A DNA stretch of 63,648 nucleotides, counting the filler, from Chiloscyllium plagiosum (lineage: Eukaryota): assembly GCF_004010195.1 (NCBI RefSeq). It is 5 parts of one record of this genome, joined end to end, with 100 filler letters (N's around TTAATTAATTAA, not from the genome) between each part and the next. Parts side by side here need not be neighbours in the genome. Positions count along the whole stretch, not along the records: positions 1 to 24,170 come from NC_057714.1; positions 24,271 to 42,927 come from NC_057714.1; 3 more parts are not named here. One strand, written 5' to 3'. The notes beneath the pieces are model-generated. The model saw nothing but the letters and a program-made list of their open reading frames with translations, was not told where the DNA came from and did no database searches. Below, in pieces: positions 13,223-27,244 of the stretch; the stretch's first letter is position 1; each line of letters begins with the position of its first letter. Both the position numbers and the translations under genes were made by a program.

Positions 13223-15655
13223 CTATGAGCTGGGAGGAAATGGTGGAATAGGCCACAGCTAGAGTACTGTGTGTAGTTCGGGAATCCATGTTATAGGAGG
13301 GATCAGTTGTGAAGACAGAACAGATAGATTGGGATTGTTTTCCTAGGGAGAGAGGAGATTGACAGGGGACATGATTGAGATGTATAAAATTGAGGGGTGT
13401 AGATAGGAAAAGAGCCTTCCTCTTAATAAAAGGATCAATGATCAAGGCCATAGATTTAGAGCAAGAGGCAGGAGACTTAAAGGGGATGCAAAGAAAAATA
13501 TTTTCACCCAGAGAATGGTTTAAATCTTGAACTCACCGCCTGTGAGGGTGGTAGAGACAGAAATCTTGATAACAGTGAAGATGTATTTAGATGTGCACAG
13601 TGATGCCAAGGCAAGCAAAGGTGTGGGCCAATTGTCAGAAAATGGGATTAGAATAGGTTAGGTGGTTGTTTTTGACTGGCATAGACTTGATGGGCCTTTT
13701 TATGGCTGTAGATCTGTAAGATTCCATATTCCTAGGGAATTATATAAATATTGCAATTTTCACAAATGCCCCTGTAAACATTTAGACATGGGGATGTCCC
13801 CAGGTAATGCCTGAATTCCTGGGTCATCCGATGAATATTCACAGTTCCAAGCCCCTATAGTTAAAAACTCCTAGTGACGATCGTTATGGTGGCTTCATAT
13901 TTACTTGTTTTTGTGGATTTGAGTTTGAAGCTTTGTAGACAGCCTGAATATTTTATTTTGATGCACAGTGATGCACAGCTTCAATTCCAACACAAGCTAA
14001 GGTCATCATGAAGGTCCCACCATCTCAACCTCATCCCTCACCTAAGGCATGGTGATCCCTCAAGTTAAATCACCACCAGTTGTGTTCTTCTTTCTCTAAG
14101 AACAATCCAATATGCCTCTGGGACTATGATGACTTTAGCATTTTAAAAAAAAATCTCAATGAATGGAACACTTTTTTAGACTAATTATTTCTTAGAAGTC
14201 AAGGTTTTGTCACAGTACTTGTTTACTGCAGAGAATTTATGACTGTCAGGTTCCAGCCTGTGTTTTGGAGATTGTTTGGGTTTTTCAGGTAGTGATTAGC
14301 CAGGGAAGGAGAAGAGCTTCCCAACCCAGCTCTCCAGTTTCTGAAATACCTTTTCTTGTGAGTAGTCAGAGATATCTGGAGCTCTGGCTTGAACCCTGCT
14401 TATCCTCCTGAAAAGTATCTGACATTGACAGACATCCTTGTTACCTGTTTGGCCATAGCTGAGATCCCAGAGCACTGTAAACAATGCTGTGAACAATGTT
14501 GTTCCATTGTTTAAATGTAACAGGAATAATCCTGGAAATTACAGGCCTGTGAGCCTCACATTGGTGGTCGGAAGATTATTGGAAAAGATTCTTTGAGACA
14601 AGGTGTAGACACATTTAGAAGCAAATCCCCTTAACCATTGATAGTGTGATTTTGTGCAGGGGAGGTGCGCCTCACTAACTCGACTTTTTTGAGAAGGTGA
14701 AGATGATGATTGATGAGGGAAAAGCAGTTGATGTTGTCCACATGGACTTCAGTAAAGCCTTTGACAAGGTCGCTCATGGCAGACTTGTATAAAAGGTGAA
14801 GTCAGGAGTGAGTTGGCAAGAAAAAGTATGAGGAGTAAGCTGGCAGGATGGATACAGAACTGGCTTCCTCATAGGAGATAGAGGGTAGTGGTAGAAGGAT
14901 GCTTTGCAGAATGGAGGGCTGTAACTAATGGTGTTCCACAGCAATCAATGCTGGGACCTCTGCTGATCAACATAAATGATTTGGAGGAAAACATAGCTAA
15001 CACAAACATTGGTGATGTTGTGGAGGATTGTCAGAGGACACAGCAGGATACAGATCAGTTGGAGGCATTTGCAGAAAAATAGCAGATAGATTTTAATCCA
15101 GACAAATGTGAGATGATGCATTTTGAAAGGTCAAGTACAGCTGGAAATTATACAGTGAATGGCAGAACCCTTACATGTATTGATATGCAGAAAGATATGG
15201 GTGTGCAGGTCGACAAATCACTAATGGTGGCAGCACAGGTAGGCAAGGTTGTAAAAAGGCGGCCTATGGCACGCTTGCCTTCATTGGAAGGGGCATTGAG
15301 TATAAGGATAGACAAGTTATGCTGCAGCTTTATGCAACTATAGTTAGGCCACAGTTGGAATATTGTGTACAGTTCTGGTCACCACATTACGAGAAGGATG
15401 TTGATGTTTGGAGAGGTACAGAAAGGTTTACCAAGAGTATGGGGGATTTTTAGCAAAGAAGAATGGTTGGATATACTGGGTTCGTTTTCACTGGAACACG
15501 TGAGGTTGAGGGGGTGACCTGATAGACGTTTATACGATTGTGAATAGCATGGATAGAGTGGGAAGTATGAGGCTTTTTCCCATGGTGGAGGGGGTCAATG
15601 ACTAGAGGACACGTGTTCAGGGTGTGGGGTGGGGGAGTTTAAAAGGCATTAGCGA

Positions 15656-16082
15656 GTTTTGAGAAGATTTGTAGCTCAGGCTGAGGCTTTAGAAATAGGT
15701 TTGCTCGCTGAGCTTAAAGCCTCATTTCCAGATGTTTCGTTACCCTGCTAGGTAACATCTTCAGTGGGCCTCAGGCGAAGCATTGCTGAAAATTTCTGCT
15801 TTCTATTTATATGTTTAGGTTTCTTTGGGTTTGTGATGTCATTTCCAGTGGTGAAGTCACTTCCTGTTCCTTTTCTCAGGGGGTGGTAGATGGGGTCTAA
15901 CTCGATGTGTTTGTTATTAGAGTTCCGGTTGGAATGCCATACTCCGAGGAATTCTCATGCATGTCTTTGTTTGGCTTGTCCTAGGATGGATGTGTTGTCT
16001 CAGTCAAAGTGGTGTCCTTTCTCATCCGTACGTGAGGATACTAGTGAGAGAGGGTCATGTCTTTTTGTGGCTAGTTGGTGTT
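15656..16082 (-). mobile_element. Penelope element 3' end (GIY-YIG C-terminus + pLTR)
   Basis: Minus strand reads ...HHFD*DNTSILGQAKQRHA*EFLGVWHS...NKHIEL; hammerhead motif at 15731-15764. Confidence 0.7.
15727..15767 (-). ncRNA. minimal hammerhead ribozyme motif (distinct Penelope family)
   Basis: Minus strand CTGAAGA-T-GTTACC-TAGCAG-GGTAAC-GAAACATC. Confidence 0.6.
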
Positions 16083-16252
16083 GAACAGCTTGAACAAATT
16101 GATATTAAGGCATGAGTGAGACAGGTTTTTCACCCAATGGGTGGTGAATGCCTGCAATACTTGGCTGGAGGTGGTGGTGGAGCAGTATTCAAGAAACAAC
16201 TGGACAAGTACATGACTAGGAAGGGAATAGAGGGATCCAGATTCTGTAAGTG

Positions 16253-16311
16253 GGCGGCACGGTGGCACAGTGGTTAGCACTGCTGCCTCGCAGCGCCAGA
16301 GACCCGGGTTC
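16253..16311 (+). mobile_element. tRNA-like SINE head only, flanked by 58-bp direct repeats
   Basis: ggcggcacggtggcacagtggttagc...cccgggttc; 16195-16252 is identical to 16317-16374. Confidence 0.75.
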
Positions 16312-16529
16312 ATATCAACAACTGGACAAGTACATGACTAGGAAGGGAATAGAGGGATCCAGATTCTGTAAGTGAAGACAATTTTAGTATGGAAGGACAA
16401 AAAGTGTCAGCGTAGGCTTGAAGGGCCAAAGGGCCTGTTCCTGTGCTGTACTGTTCTATGTTCTAATCATTGGTACTGTGTTTCCTGAGGAAGGTGCATA
16501 ATAGTTGACAGGAGAAGAGGAGCTTCTCA

Positions 16530-18525
16530 TCGAGAGGAAGAAGGAAGCTTACTTAAGGATCCGTCACAGCTTTAGAGAATTACAGGGTAGCTAGGAAATA
16601 ACTCAAAAATGGACTGAAGAGCGCGAGAAGGGGACATGAAAAAGCCTTGGTCGGAAGGCTTAGGGAAAACCCAAAGGTGCTCTGCACTTCTGTAGGAATA
16701 AGAGAATGATCAGAGAGAGGGTAGGGCCGATCAGTGACAGTGGAAGGATCTTGTTCCTGGAGTCTGCGGAGGTAGGGGAGGCCCTAAATGAGTTTTTTGC
16801 CTCAGTATAGACTGTGGACCAGGTTAATAGGCTTCAACAGATTGATGTTAAGAAAGTGGATGTGCTCGAAATTCTGGGAAACATCAAGATAGATAAGTCC
16901 CCAGGGCTGGACCAGATATATCCAAGGGTACTACAGGAAGCAAGGAATGAGATTGCTGTGCGTCTGGCGATGATCTTGCATCCTTGCTCTCCACGGGAGT
17001 AGTATCGAATGATTGGAGAGAGGCAAATGTTGTTCCTCTGTTCAAGAAAGGGAATAGTCAGTCTTACATCTGTGGTATGCAATGTACTGGAAAGGATTCT
17101 GAGAGATAGGATTTATGACTATTCAGAAAAAACATAGTTTGATTAGAGATAGTCAGCATGGCTTTGTGAAGGGCAGGTTATGCCTCACAAGCCTTATTGA
17201 ATTCTTTGAGGATGTGACTAGACAAGTTGACAAAGGTCGAACAGTGAATTTCAGTGTATGGATTTCAGTGAGGCATTTGATAAGGTTCCCCACAGTAGGC
17301 TCATTCAGAAAGTTAGGAGGTATGCGATACAGGGAAGTTTGGCTGTCTAGATACAGAATTGAGGAGAAAGTGAGGTCTGCAGATGCTGGAGATCAGAGCT
17401 GAAAATGTGTTGCTGGAAAAGCGCAGCAGGTCAGGCAGCATCCAGGGAACAGGAGAATCGACGTTTCGGGCATAAGCCCTTCTTCTGGAATTGGCTGACC
17501 GAAAGAAGACAACGAGTAGTCGTGGATGGAAAGTATTCCGCTTGGAGCTCGGTGACCAGTGGTGTCCCACAGGGATCTGTTCCCGGGCCTCTGCTCTTTG
17601 TGATTTTTATAAATGACTTGGATGAAGAAGTGAAAGGGTGGGTTAGTGAGTTTGCTGATGACACAAAGGTCGGTGGTGGTGTAGATAGTGTTGAGGGCTG
17701 TGGCAGGCTACAACAAGACACTGACAGGATACAGAGCTGGGCTGAGAAGTGACAGATGGAGTTCAACCTGGATAAATGCAAAATGATTCATTTTGGAAGG
17801 TCGAATTTGAATGCTGAATACAGACAGGATTCTTGGCAATGTGGAGGAACAGAGGGATGTTGGGGTCCATGTACATAGATCCCTCAAAGTTGCCACTCAA
17901 GTTGAAAATGTTGTTAAGAAGGTGTATGGTATTTTGGCTTTCATTAACAGGGGGATTCAATTTAAGAGCAGTGAGATTTTGCTGCAGCTCTACAAAACCC
18001 TGGTTCGACCACACTTGGAATATTGTGTCCAATTCTGGTTGCCTCAGTATAAGAAGGGTGTAGAGAAAGGCATGTGGGCTTTAGAAAGAGTGCAGAGAAG
18101 ATTTATCAGGATGCTGCCTGGACTGGAGGGCTTATCTTATGAAGAGAGATTGAGTCAACTCGGGCTTTTCACAGCAGAGAGAAGGAGGAAGAGAGGTGAC
18201 TTGATAGAGGTGTACAAGGTAATGAGAGGCAGAGATAGAGTAGATAGCCAGAGACTTTTCCCCAGGGCAGAAATGGCTGTCATGAGGGGTTATAATTTGA
18301 GGGTGATTGGAGGAAGGTATAGGGGAGATGTCAGAGGTAGATCCTTTACAAAGAGAGAGTGGTGGGTGTGTGGAATGTATTGCCAGCAGTGGTAGTAGAG
18401 TCAGAGACATTAGGAATATTTAAGCGACTGCTGGACAAGCACATGGATGGGCACATGGATGGCAGTAAATTGAGGGGTTAGGTTAGGTTGATCTGAGATT
18501 AAGATAAATGCTCAGCACAACGTAG
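16530..18525 (+). mobile_element. CR1 LINE ORF2 RT, decayed
   Basis: DKSPGLDQIYP, SQHGFVKGR, SGVPQGSVPGP, FADDTK; tail resumes at ~19893-20158. Confidence 0.9.
17362..17487 (-). mobile_element. short Penelope pLTR insertion with hammerhead-like motif
   Basis: Interrupts CR1 with gaattg duplicated; minus strand CAGAAGAAGGGCTTATGCCCGAAACGTC (one core mismatch). Confidence 0.7.
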
Positions 18526-19892
18526 AATCATAGACATATGCAGCATGTAAATAGATCCTTTGGTCCAACTTGTCCATGCTGACTTAATCTAGTCCCATTT
18601 GCCAGCACCCAGCCCATATCCCTCTAAACCCTTCTTCTTCATATACCCATCCAAATGCCTTTTAAATGCTATAACTGTACCCACTTCCACTAGTTCTGGA
18701 CTTCCCCCATCCCAGGGAAAAGACTTTGTCTATTTATCCTATCCATGCCCCTCAGGGGTTTTATAAATCACTATAAGGTCACCCCTCAGCGTCCAACGCT
18801 CCAGGGAAAACAGCCCCAGCCTGTTCAACCTCTCCATAAAGCTCAAATCCTCCAACCCTGGCAACATCCTTGTAAATCTTTTCTGAACCCTTTCAAGTTT
18901 CACAATATCTTTCCAATAGGAAGGAGACCAGAATTGCACGCAATATTCCAACAGTGGCCTAACCAATGCCCTGTACAGCCGCAACATGACCTCCCAACTC
19001 CTATACTCAATACTCTGACCAATAAAGGAAAGCATACCAAATGCCTTCTTCACTATCCTATCTACCTGCGACTCCACTTTCAAGGAGCTATGAACCTGCA
19101 CTCCAAGGTCTCTTTGTTCAGCAACACTCCCTAGGACCTTACCATTAAGTGTATAAGTCTTGCTAAGATTTGATTTCCCAAAATGCAGCAACTCGCATTT
19201 ATCTGAATTAAATTCCATCTGCCATTTCTCAGCCCATTGGCCCATCTGATCAAGATCCTGTTGTAATCTGAGGTAACCCTCTTCGCTGTCCACTACATCT
19301 CCAATTTTGGTGTCATCTGCAAACTTACTGACTATACCTCCTTTGTTCACATCCAAATCATTTATATAAATGATGAAAAGTAGTGGACCCAGCACTGATC
19401 CTCGTGGCACTCCACTGGTCACAGGCCTCCGGTCTGAAAAGAAAAACATCCACCACCACCCTCTCTGTTCTACGTTCAAACTAGTTCTGTGTCTAAATGG
19501 CTAGTTCTTCCTGCATTCCATGAGATCTAACCTTGCTAACCAGTCTCCCATGGGAAACCTTGTTGAATGCCTTACTGAAGTCCGTATAGATCATATCTAC
19601 CACTCTGCCCTCAATCCTCTTTGTTACTTCTTCACAAAACTCAATCAAGTTTGTGAGACATGATTTCCCAGAAACAAAGCCATGCAGATTATCCCTAATC
19701 AGTCCTTGGCTTTCCAAATACATGTAAATCCTGTCCCTCAGGATACTCTCCAACAACTCACCGGTCTATAGTTCCCTGGCTTTTCCTTATCACGTTTCTT
19801 AAATAGTGGTAACACGTTACCCAACCTTCAGTCTTTGCACCTCACCTGTGACATTCGATGATACACACATCTCAGCAATGGGTCCTGCAATC
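18525..19892 (-). mobile_element. CR1 LINE RT fragment nested in the tail of the preceding CR1
   Basis: 246-aa ORF with SGVPRGSVLGPLLF and KFADDTK. Confidence 0.9.
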
Positions 19893-19909
19893 AACATCGT
19901 GGGCCGAAG

Positions 19910-20120
19910 TCGAAAAGTGTCGTGCTGGAAAAGCACAGCCAGTCAGGCAGCATCCGAGGAGCAGGGAAGTCAATGTTTCGAGCATGAGTGTTCATCAGAA
20001 GAAGAGCTAATGCTCGAAACGTCAAATCTCCTGTTCATTGGATGCTGCCTCACCAACTGTGCTTTTCCAGCACCAAACTGTTCGACTCTGATTTCCAGCA
20101 TTTGCAGTCCTCACTTTCCC
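19910..20120. mobile_element. inverted pair of Penelope pLTR fragments
   Basis: Two divergent copies meeting at hammerhead cores (~19975-20022); 15-bp flanking duplication catcgtgggc(c/t)gaag. Confidence 0.7.
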
Positions 20121-21684
20121 CATCGTGGGCTGAAGGGCCTGTACTGTTCTATGTTCTGACAGTTGTTGTGTGCCAGTATGTTGGGCCCATAGCTGTCTGA
20201 ACATTCTGCACATAATTTCTGCATCAAGGTGACTTATTGGACAAAAACTATTTCTCCCCCAGTGTGAATCTCTACAGACAAACAAGGGCATTTTTTTCCC
20301 CTGATTATCAAGCTCCTTTGTTTTAGATTAGATGGATAAACAGCTTGTAACATGGCAATGAATGTAAGTGTAAGTTAACCAGTCCTGCATCTTCAGTGAA
20401 TAGGTTTTGCTGGGGACCGTGAGAATCTGGTATTGAGATGCAAGATAACTTATGATCATACTGAATGTTAAACCAGGCTCAAAGAGTCAAATGGCCTACT
20501 TCTCTTTGCTTCGGAGTTTCTGATGGATATTATTTAAGCCTGACGTACAAAAAGAGTGACTGGCCCTGCAAATAAACAGGTAAAACAGGTAAATTGTGAC
20601 ACATAGAATCAAGGGATGAGGGAAAGACAATCCACTTTTCTCTTGTTGGTCATAACATCATTAATATTGGCAGAATTTCAGAGATCCCTACTTAAAAGAA
20701 TCCTAGAACTAGGCAATTCTCCCTACTCTCAAATGCAGTGAACTATTAATAGCTCCAGGATTTATCTTTAACTTAACATTTTCTCACTCTCCCAGCTCCA
20801 AACTGCAACCAACTTCTCCCAGCAAACATACACCCAGATTAATTAAAACCAGAGAATCGTAAGTTCCAGCCATCTCAATGATGACATAACCTGCTCCAGG
20901 CTGTCATTAATTCTCATAACCAAAGGTTTAATTAACTTTCTGCCTTTAGTTTTTGTATAGGATGTGGGTGTCACTGCAAGGCTGGCATTTTTTTTGTTGA
21001 TTCCTGGATCGCCTTGATTCAAGTGGCTCTGAAGGCCAATTCAGAAGGTAGTTAACAGTCAAACCATGTTGCTATGGGTCTCCGAGTCACACACAGGCTA
21101 GACCAAGTAAGGACAGGAGAGAACCATGTTGATCTTTACACCAATTATAATAGGTCACCATTAGACTAGCTTATTCAGTTTCAGAATTAGTGAATGCTTT
21201 TCAGCTAATTTAGCTACAGTTTCCTCCGGATCGGCTTATTAGGCATCAGTCTCCAGCCAAACTGAGCTGCCATATTTACAGCTACATCTCTTCAATTCTG
21301 ATTCAATTAAATAAATTTAAATAATTGTCTGAACTGCCATCTGTTTTAGGTGTTCTGGCAATCAATAAAACTCAGAATTCATTTTCGTTTCTAGCTGTGA
21401 ACCTCTTAAAAGCGACAGAACCCCAACCTTTAAAGTACATTAGTCTTCAAGGTTCTTCATTGCATTTATCTTATTTTCTATTAAATTTTAATTGCTCAAG
21501 CCAAAACAATACATTTACACGAACTATAAACTAGTTAAATGCAACATCATTATCAACACTCTCTGTTAACTCACCAAAAGACACAACAAGTGAGTTAAAT
21601 GCAATCTACTCTTAACAAATCCAGTTTGGCTTTTTTAGTTCACCCAAGCGACTGTTAACTTAGTTCTTATTTATCATTCCGAGT

Positions 21685-23408
21685 AACATAGGACAGTGCA
21701 GGACAGTACAGGCCCTTTGGCTCCTGGTGTTGTGCTGGCCTTTTATCCTACTCTAAGATCAGACTAACCTACATACTCTTCATTGTGCTATCTTCCATGT
21801 GCCTATCCAAAAGTCATTTAAATATCCCCAATGTCTCTGACTCTCCTACCACTGCCAGCTACGCATTCCACACAGCCACCACTCTCTGTGTTAAGAACAT
21901 ACCTCTAACATCTCCCCAAAAACCTTCCTCCAATTACCTTAAATATATCCCCCCTTATGACAGTCATTTCCGCCCTGGGAAAAAGTCTCTGGCCATCTAG
22001 TCTATCTATGCCTCTCATCATCTTGTACATCTGCATCACATCACCTCTCATCCTTCTTCGCTTCAATGAGAAAAGCCCTAGCTCCCTCAAATTTTCTTCA
22101 TATGACATGCCCTCCATTCCAGGCAGCATCCTGGTAAATCTCCCCTGCACCCTCTGTAAAGCTTCCATATCCTTTCTATAATGAGGCGATCAGAACTGAA
22201 CACAATATTCCAACTGTGGTCAAACCAAGGCTATACAGAGCTGCAGCATAACCTCATGGCTCTTAAACTCAATGCCACTGCTCATGAAAGCCAACATACC
22301 ATATGCCTTCTTAACATCCGAACAACTTGGGTGGCAACTTTGAGGGATCATGGACATTTACCCCAAGATCCCTCTGCACCTCCCTACTGCCAAGAATCCT
22401 GCCTTTCGTCCTGAATTCTGCATTCAAATTCCACCTTCCACTTCATATTTTTCCAGGTTGAAGTCTATCTGCCACTTTTCAGCCCTGTTCTGCATCCTGT
22501 CAATGTCCCGTTGCAACCTACAACAGCCCTCCATACTATCCACAATCCACTAACCACCATGTCATCAGCAAACTTACTAATGCACTCTTCCACTTCCTCA
22601 TCCAAGTCACTTATAAAAATCACAAAGAGCAGAGGTCCCCAAACCAATCTCTGCGGAACACCACTGGTCACCGAGCTCCATGCTGAATCCTTCCATCTAC
22701 CACTGCCCTGTCTTTTACGGGTCAGCCAATTCCGTATCCAGACAGCCAAATTTCCCTGTATCCCATGTTTCCTTACTTTCTGAATGAGCCTACAAAGGGG
22801 AACCTTATCAAACACCTTGCTAAAATCCATGTACACCACATCCACTGCTCTACCTTCATCAATGTGTTTTATCACATCCTCAAAAAATTCAATAAGGTCT
22901 ATGAGGCATGACCTGCCCTTCACAGAGCCATGCTGACTATCTCTAATCAAACTATAGTTTTCCAAATAATCATAAATCCTGTCTCTCAGAATCCTCTCCA
23001 GTTCTTTGCCTACCACCGACATAAGATTGACTGGTCTGTAATTCCCAGGATTATCCCTATTCCCTTTCTTGAATGGGGGAATAACATTTGCCACCCTCCA
23101 ATCATCTTGCACTACTCCAGTAGACAGTGTGGACGCAAACGTCATCACAAAAAGCGCAGCAATCTCTCCCCTCGCTTCCTGTAGTAACCCTGGATATATC
23201 CCATTTGGTCAAGGGAATTGATCTATGCTTATGCTTTTCAAAACTTTCAGCACATCCTCCTTCTGAACATCAACCTGTTCTAGCAAGTCAGTCTGTTTCA
23301 CACTCTTCTCAGAAACGTCAAGGTCCCTCTCAATAGTGAATGCTGAAGCATAGTTTTCATTAAGGACCTCCCCAACCTCCTCTGACTCCAGGCACAAGTT
23401 CCCACAAG
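21685..23408 (-). mobile_element. CR1 LINE ORF2 RT, decayed
   Basis: NYRPVNL, SQHGSVKGRSC, YMDFSKVFDKV, KFADD. Confidence 0.9.
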
Positions 23409-23409
23409 T

Positions 23410-24170
23410 TTACATTTAAACTAAGTAGCGGGGGGGGGGGGGGAGGGGACAAACTGGATGTTTAAGAAGGAAATTGAAGGGAAAGTTAGAACAAGGGAAG
23501 TCAAGAAAGGCAACGGTATCAATGAAGCAGAAAACTCAAAAAGGGATCATGTTGTAAGGTTGAGTGAAATATGAGTTGATGGGAAGGGGGAGGGCAGTAA
23601 CAAATTAAAAATACTATACATGAATGCACGAAGCATTAGAAATAAGATGGATGAGCTGGAGGCTCTTTTGGAAATTGGCTGATACGATATTGTGGGGATA
23701 ACTGAGATGTGGCTTCAAGTGGACAGGGCCTTGGAAATGAATATTCAAGGCTATACGTGCTATCGTAAGGACAGACTGACAGGCAGAGGGGGTGGGGTGG
23801 CCATGTTGGTAAGGGATGATATTCAGTCCGTTGCGCGGGAGGACCTAGAAGCAGGGGATGTAGAGTCAGTGTGGATAGAGTTGAGAAATACTAAGGGTAA
23901 AAAGATCCTCTTGGGAGTTATCTACAGGCCCCAAACAGTAGTCTGGATGTCGGATGTAAGTTGAATCAGGAGCTGAAATTGGCCTGTCGCAAAGATGTTA
24001 CTACAGTTGTTATGGGGGATTTTAACATGCAGGTAGACTGGGAGAATCAGAATGGTATTGGACCTCAAGAAAGAGACTTTGTGGAGTGCCTCAGAGATGG
24101 ATTCTTAGAGCAGCTGGTGCTGGAGCCGACCAGGGAGAAGGCAATTCTGGATCTGGTATTGTGCAACAAA
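23410..24170 (+). mobile_element. CR1 LINE endonuclease region
   Basis: GITEMWL, RKDR..RGGGVA, MGDFN, EPTREKAILDLVL. Confidence 0.85.
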
Positions 24171-25077
24171 NNNNNNNNNNNNNNNNNNNNNNNNNNNNNN
24201 NNNNNNNNNNNNNNTTAATTAATTAANNNNNNNNNNNNNNNNNNNNNNNNNNNNNNNNNNNNNNNNNNNNCTACAAACCTTCACAAACCTTGCAAAAATC
24301 ACTGATCAATCCTAACTTATTTAGACATATCACAAACAGCAACGAACCCAACACTGATTTCTCTGGGTCTCTGCAGAACACAGTGATAATTATTGTATTT
24401 ATTTTCTATCTTCCTGAACCCCTTGATTATTGTGTAGGTTTGGAATGATATTAGTATCTTCCACTGTGAAGACTGATGTAAAGCATTTATTCACCACCTC
24501 TCCTCTTTATTATTTTCTAGCCTTGTTCACGAAGGGCCTCTCTTCACTTTGGCTACTCTCTTCCTATTTAAAGAAACTCCTGCTGTCCATCTTAATATTT
24601 CTTGCAAACTTCACGTTATTTTCTCCATTTATATGATTTTTGATTGTCTTTTGTTGGTTTTTAGAACTTTCCCAATCCTATGGATTACCATAAACCACTG
24701 AAAAATATGTTTTTTCTTTCAATCTTTAATTTTTCGAGTGAACCATGGTTAGTTATCCCAATCTGATAATCTTTGTTCCTGACTGGAATCTCTCTGTGAG
24801 CCATGAACTATTTTCATAAAGTCTGCCATTATTCCTCAATCACCTTTGCTGCTAAACTCCTTTTGCAATTCATTCTAGCCAGCTCTACCCTCATACTTAT
24901 TTAGGTTTAGTGCAGTTGTTTCTGACCTAATTCCTCTCTCTCAAACTGGGATGTAAATTCTACCACGTTATGGTTACTGTTTCCGAGGGGATCTTTTACT
25001 TGGAGATAATTTATTAAACCTGCATTATTACATGTCACCAGATTCCTAATTGGATTCACAACATATTCTTCTTACAG

Positions 25078-25385
25078 GGGTGGCATGGTGATTCAGTGGT
25101 TAGCACTGCTACCTCACAGCACCAGGGACCTGGGTTCAATGCCAGCCTCGGGTGACTGTCTGTGTGGAGTCTGCACATTTTCCCCGTGTCTGCGTGGGTT
25201 TCCTCTGAGTGCTCCGGTTTCCTCCCAGAGTCCAAAGATGTGCAGATCAAGTGGATTGGCATTAGGGAATATAGTGTTACAAGGATGGGGTAGGGGGTAG
25301 GTTGAGATGGGATGCTCTTCAGAGGGTCGGTATGGACTCAATGGGCCAAATGGCCTGCTTCCGCACTGTGGGGATTCTATGATTC
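25078..25385 (+). mobile_element. tRNA-derived V-domain SINE (HE1-like)
   Basis: Homologous to 10625-10970, with A/B boxes and V domain. Confidence 0.85.
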
Positions 25386-27244
25386 TCAGAAACTGTTCTG
25401 AATACACTCTATTAATTATTTCCTCGTAGCTTTCTCTGACTTTCCCAATCTACATGAAGATTAATGTCACCCACATATCATATGCCCTTTGTCATATGCC
25501 CTCATCATTTCCTGATTTACTCTCTGTCCCACCACATAACTACTGTTACGAGGTCTGTCAAGTACTCCAACTTCTGAGGAAGGGTCACTCCAGCTGAAAT
25601 GTTAACTCTGATTTCTCGTACCACCCTCTGCATGAAAAAGTTACCTCTTAGATTCTTTTTATATCTTTCCCCTCTCATCCTAAACCTATGCCTCTAGTCT
25701 GGACTCCCTGACCCCAGAGAAAAGTCTATGTCTATTTACCCTATCCATGACCCTCATGATTTTATAAACCTCTATAAGGTCACCCCTCAGCCTCCGACGC
25801 TCCAGGAAAAAGAGCCCCAGCCTATTCAATCTCACCTGGTAGCTCAAATCCTCCAATCCTGGCAACATCCTTATAAATCTTTTCTGGACCCTTTCAAGTT
25901 TCACAACATCCCTCTTTTAGGAAGAAGACCAGAACTGCACAAAATATTCCAAAAGTGGCTTAACCAATGTCCTGTACAGCCACAACATGACCTCCCAACT
26001 CCTGTACTCAATACTGTGACCAATAAAGGAAAGCATACCAAACGCCTTCTTCACTATCCTATCTACCTGTGACTCCACTTTCAAGGAGCTATGAACCTGC
26101 ACTCCAAGGTCTCTTTGTTCAGCAACACTCCCTAGGACCTTACCGTTAAGTGTATAAGTCCTGCTAAGGTTTGCTTTTCCAAAATGCAGCACCTCATATT
26201 TATCTGAATTAAAATCCATCTGCCACTTCTCAGTCCATTGGCCCATCTGGTCCAGATCCCGTTGTAATCTGAGGTAATATTTTTCGCTGTCCGCTATACC
26301 TCCAATTTTGGTGTCAACTGCAAACTTAATAACATATAAATGATGAAAAGTAGTGGACCCAGCACCAATCCTTGTGACACACCAATGGTCACAGGCTTCC
26401 AGTCTGAAAAACAACCCTCCACCACTACCCTCTGTCTTCTACCTTTGAGCCAGTTCTGTATCCAAATGGCTAGTTCTCCCTGTATTCCATGAGATCTAAC
26501 CTTGATAACCCGTCTCCCATGGGGAACCTTGTTGAACGCCTTACTGAAGTCCATATAGATCACGTCCACTGCTCTGCCCTCATCAATCCATTTGTTACTT
26601 CTTCAAAAATTCAATCAAGTTTGTGAGACATGATTTCCCACGCACAAAGCCATGTTGACTATCCCTAATCAGTTCATGCCTTTCCAAATACACGTACATC
26701 GTGTCCCTCAGGATTCCCTCCAACAACTTGCCCACCAACAACGTCAGGCTCACTGGTCTATAGTTCCCTGGCTTGTCCTTACCACCTTTATGAAACAGTG
26801 GCACCACATTAGCCAGCCTCCGGTCTGTGACTATTGATAATACAAATATCTCAGTAAGAGACCCCGCAATTACTTCCCTAGCTTCCCACAGAGTTCTAGG
26901 GTACACCTGATCAGGTCCTTGGGGTTTATTCACTTTTATGCATTTCAAGACATCCAGCACTTTCTCCTCTTTAATATGGACATTTTTCAAGATGTCATCA
27001 TCTACTTCCCCACATTCTATATCTTCCATAGTCTTTTCCACAGTAAACACTGATGCAAAATACTCTTTTAGTATCTTCCCTATCTCCTGCGGCTTCCCAC
27101 AAAGGCCGCCTTGCTGATCTTTTTGGGGCCCTATTCTCTTTACCCTTTTGTCCTTAATGGATTTATAAAAGCCCTTTGGATTCCCCTTAACCCTATTTGC
27201 CAAAGCTATCTCATGTCCCCTTTTTGCCCTCTGAAGTATACTCC

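Larger units (their letters stand above)
14495..16465 (+). mobile_element. old CR1 LINE RT fragment with Penelope and SINE insertions
   Basis: NGVPQQSMLGPLL and decayed RT segments; ctgttctatgttcta tail at ~16460. Confidence 0.8.

Noticed and set aside
20160..21680. Repeat-poor stretch as a hidden exon or enhancer (also 10970-11810)
   Set aside because: No convincing ORF or splice pattern, and it contains faint old repeat remnants; conservation data would be needed.
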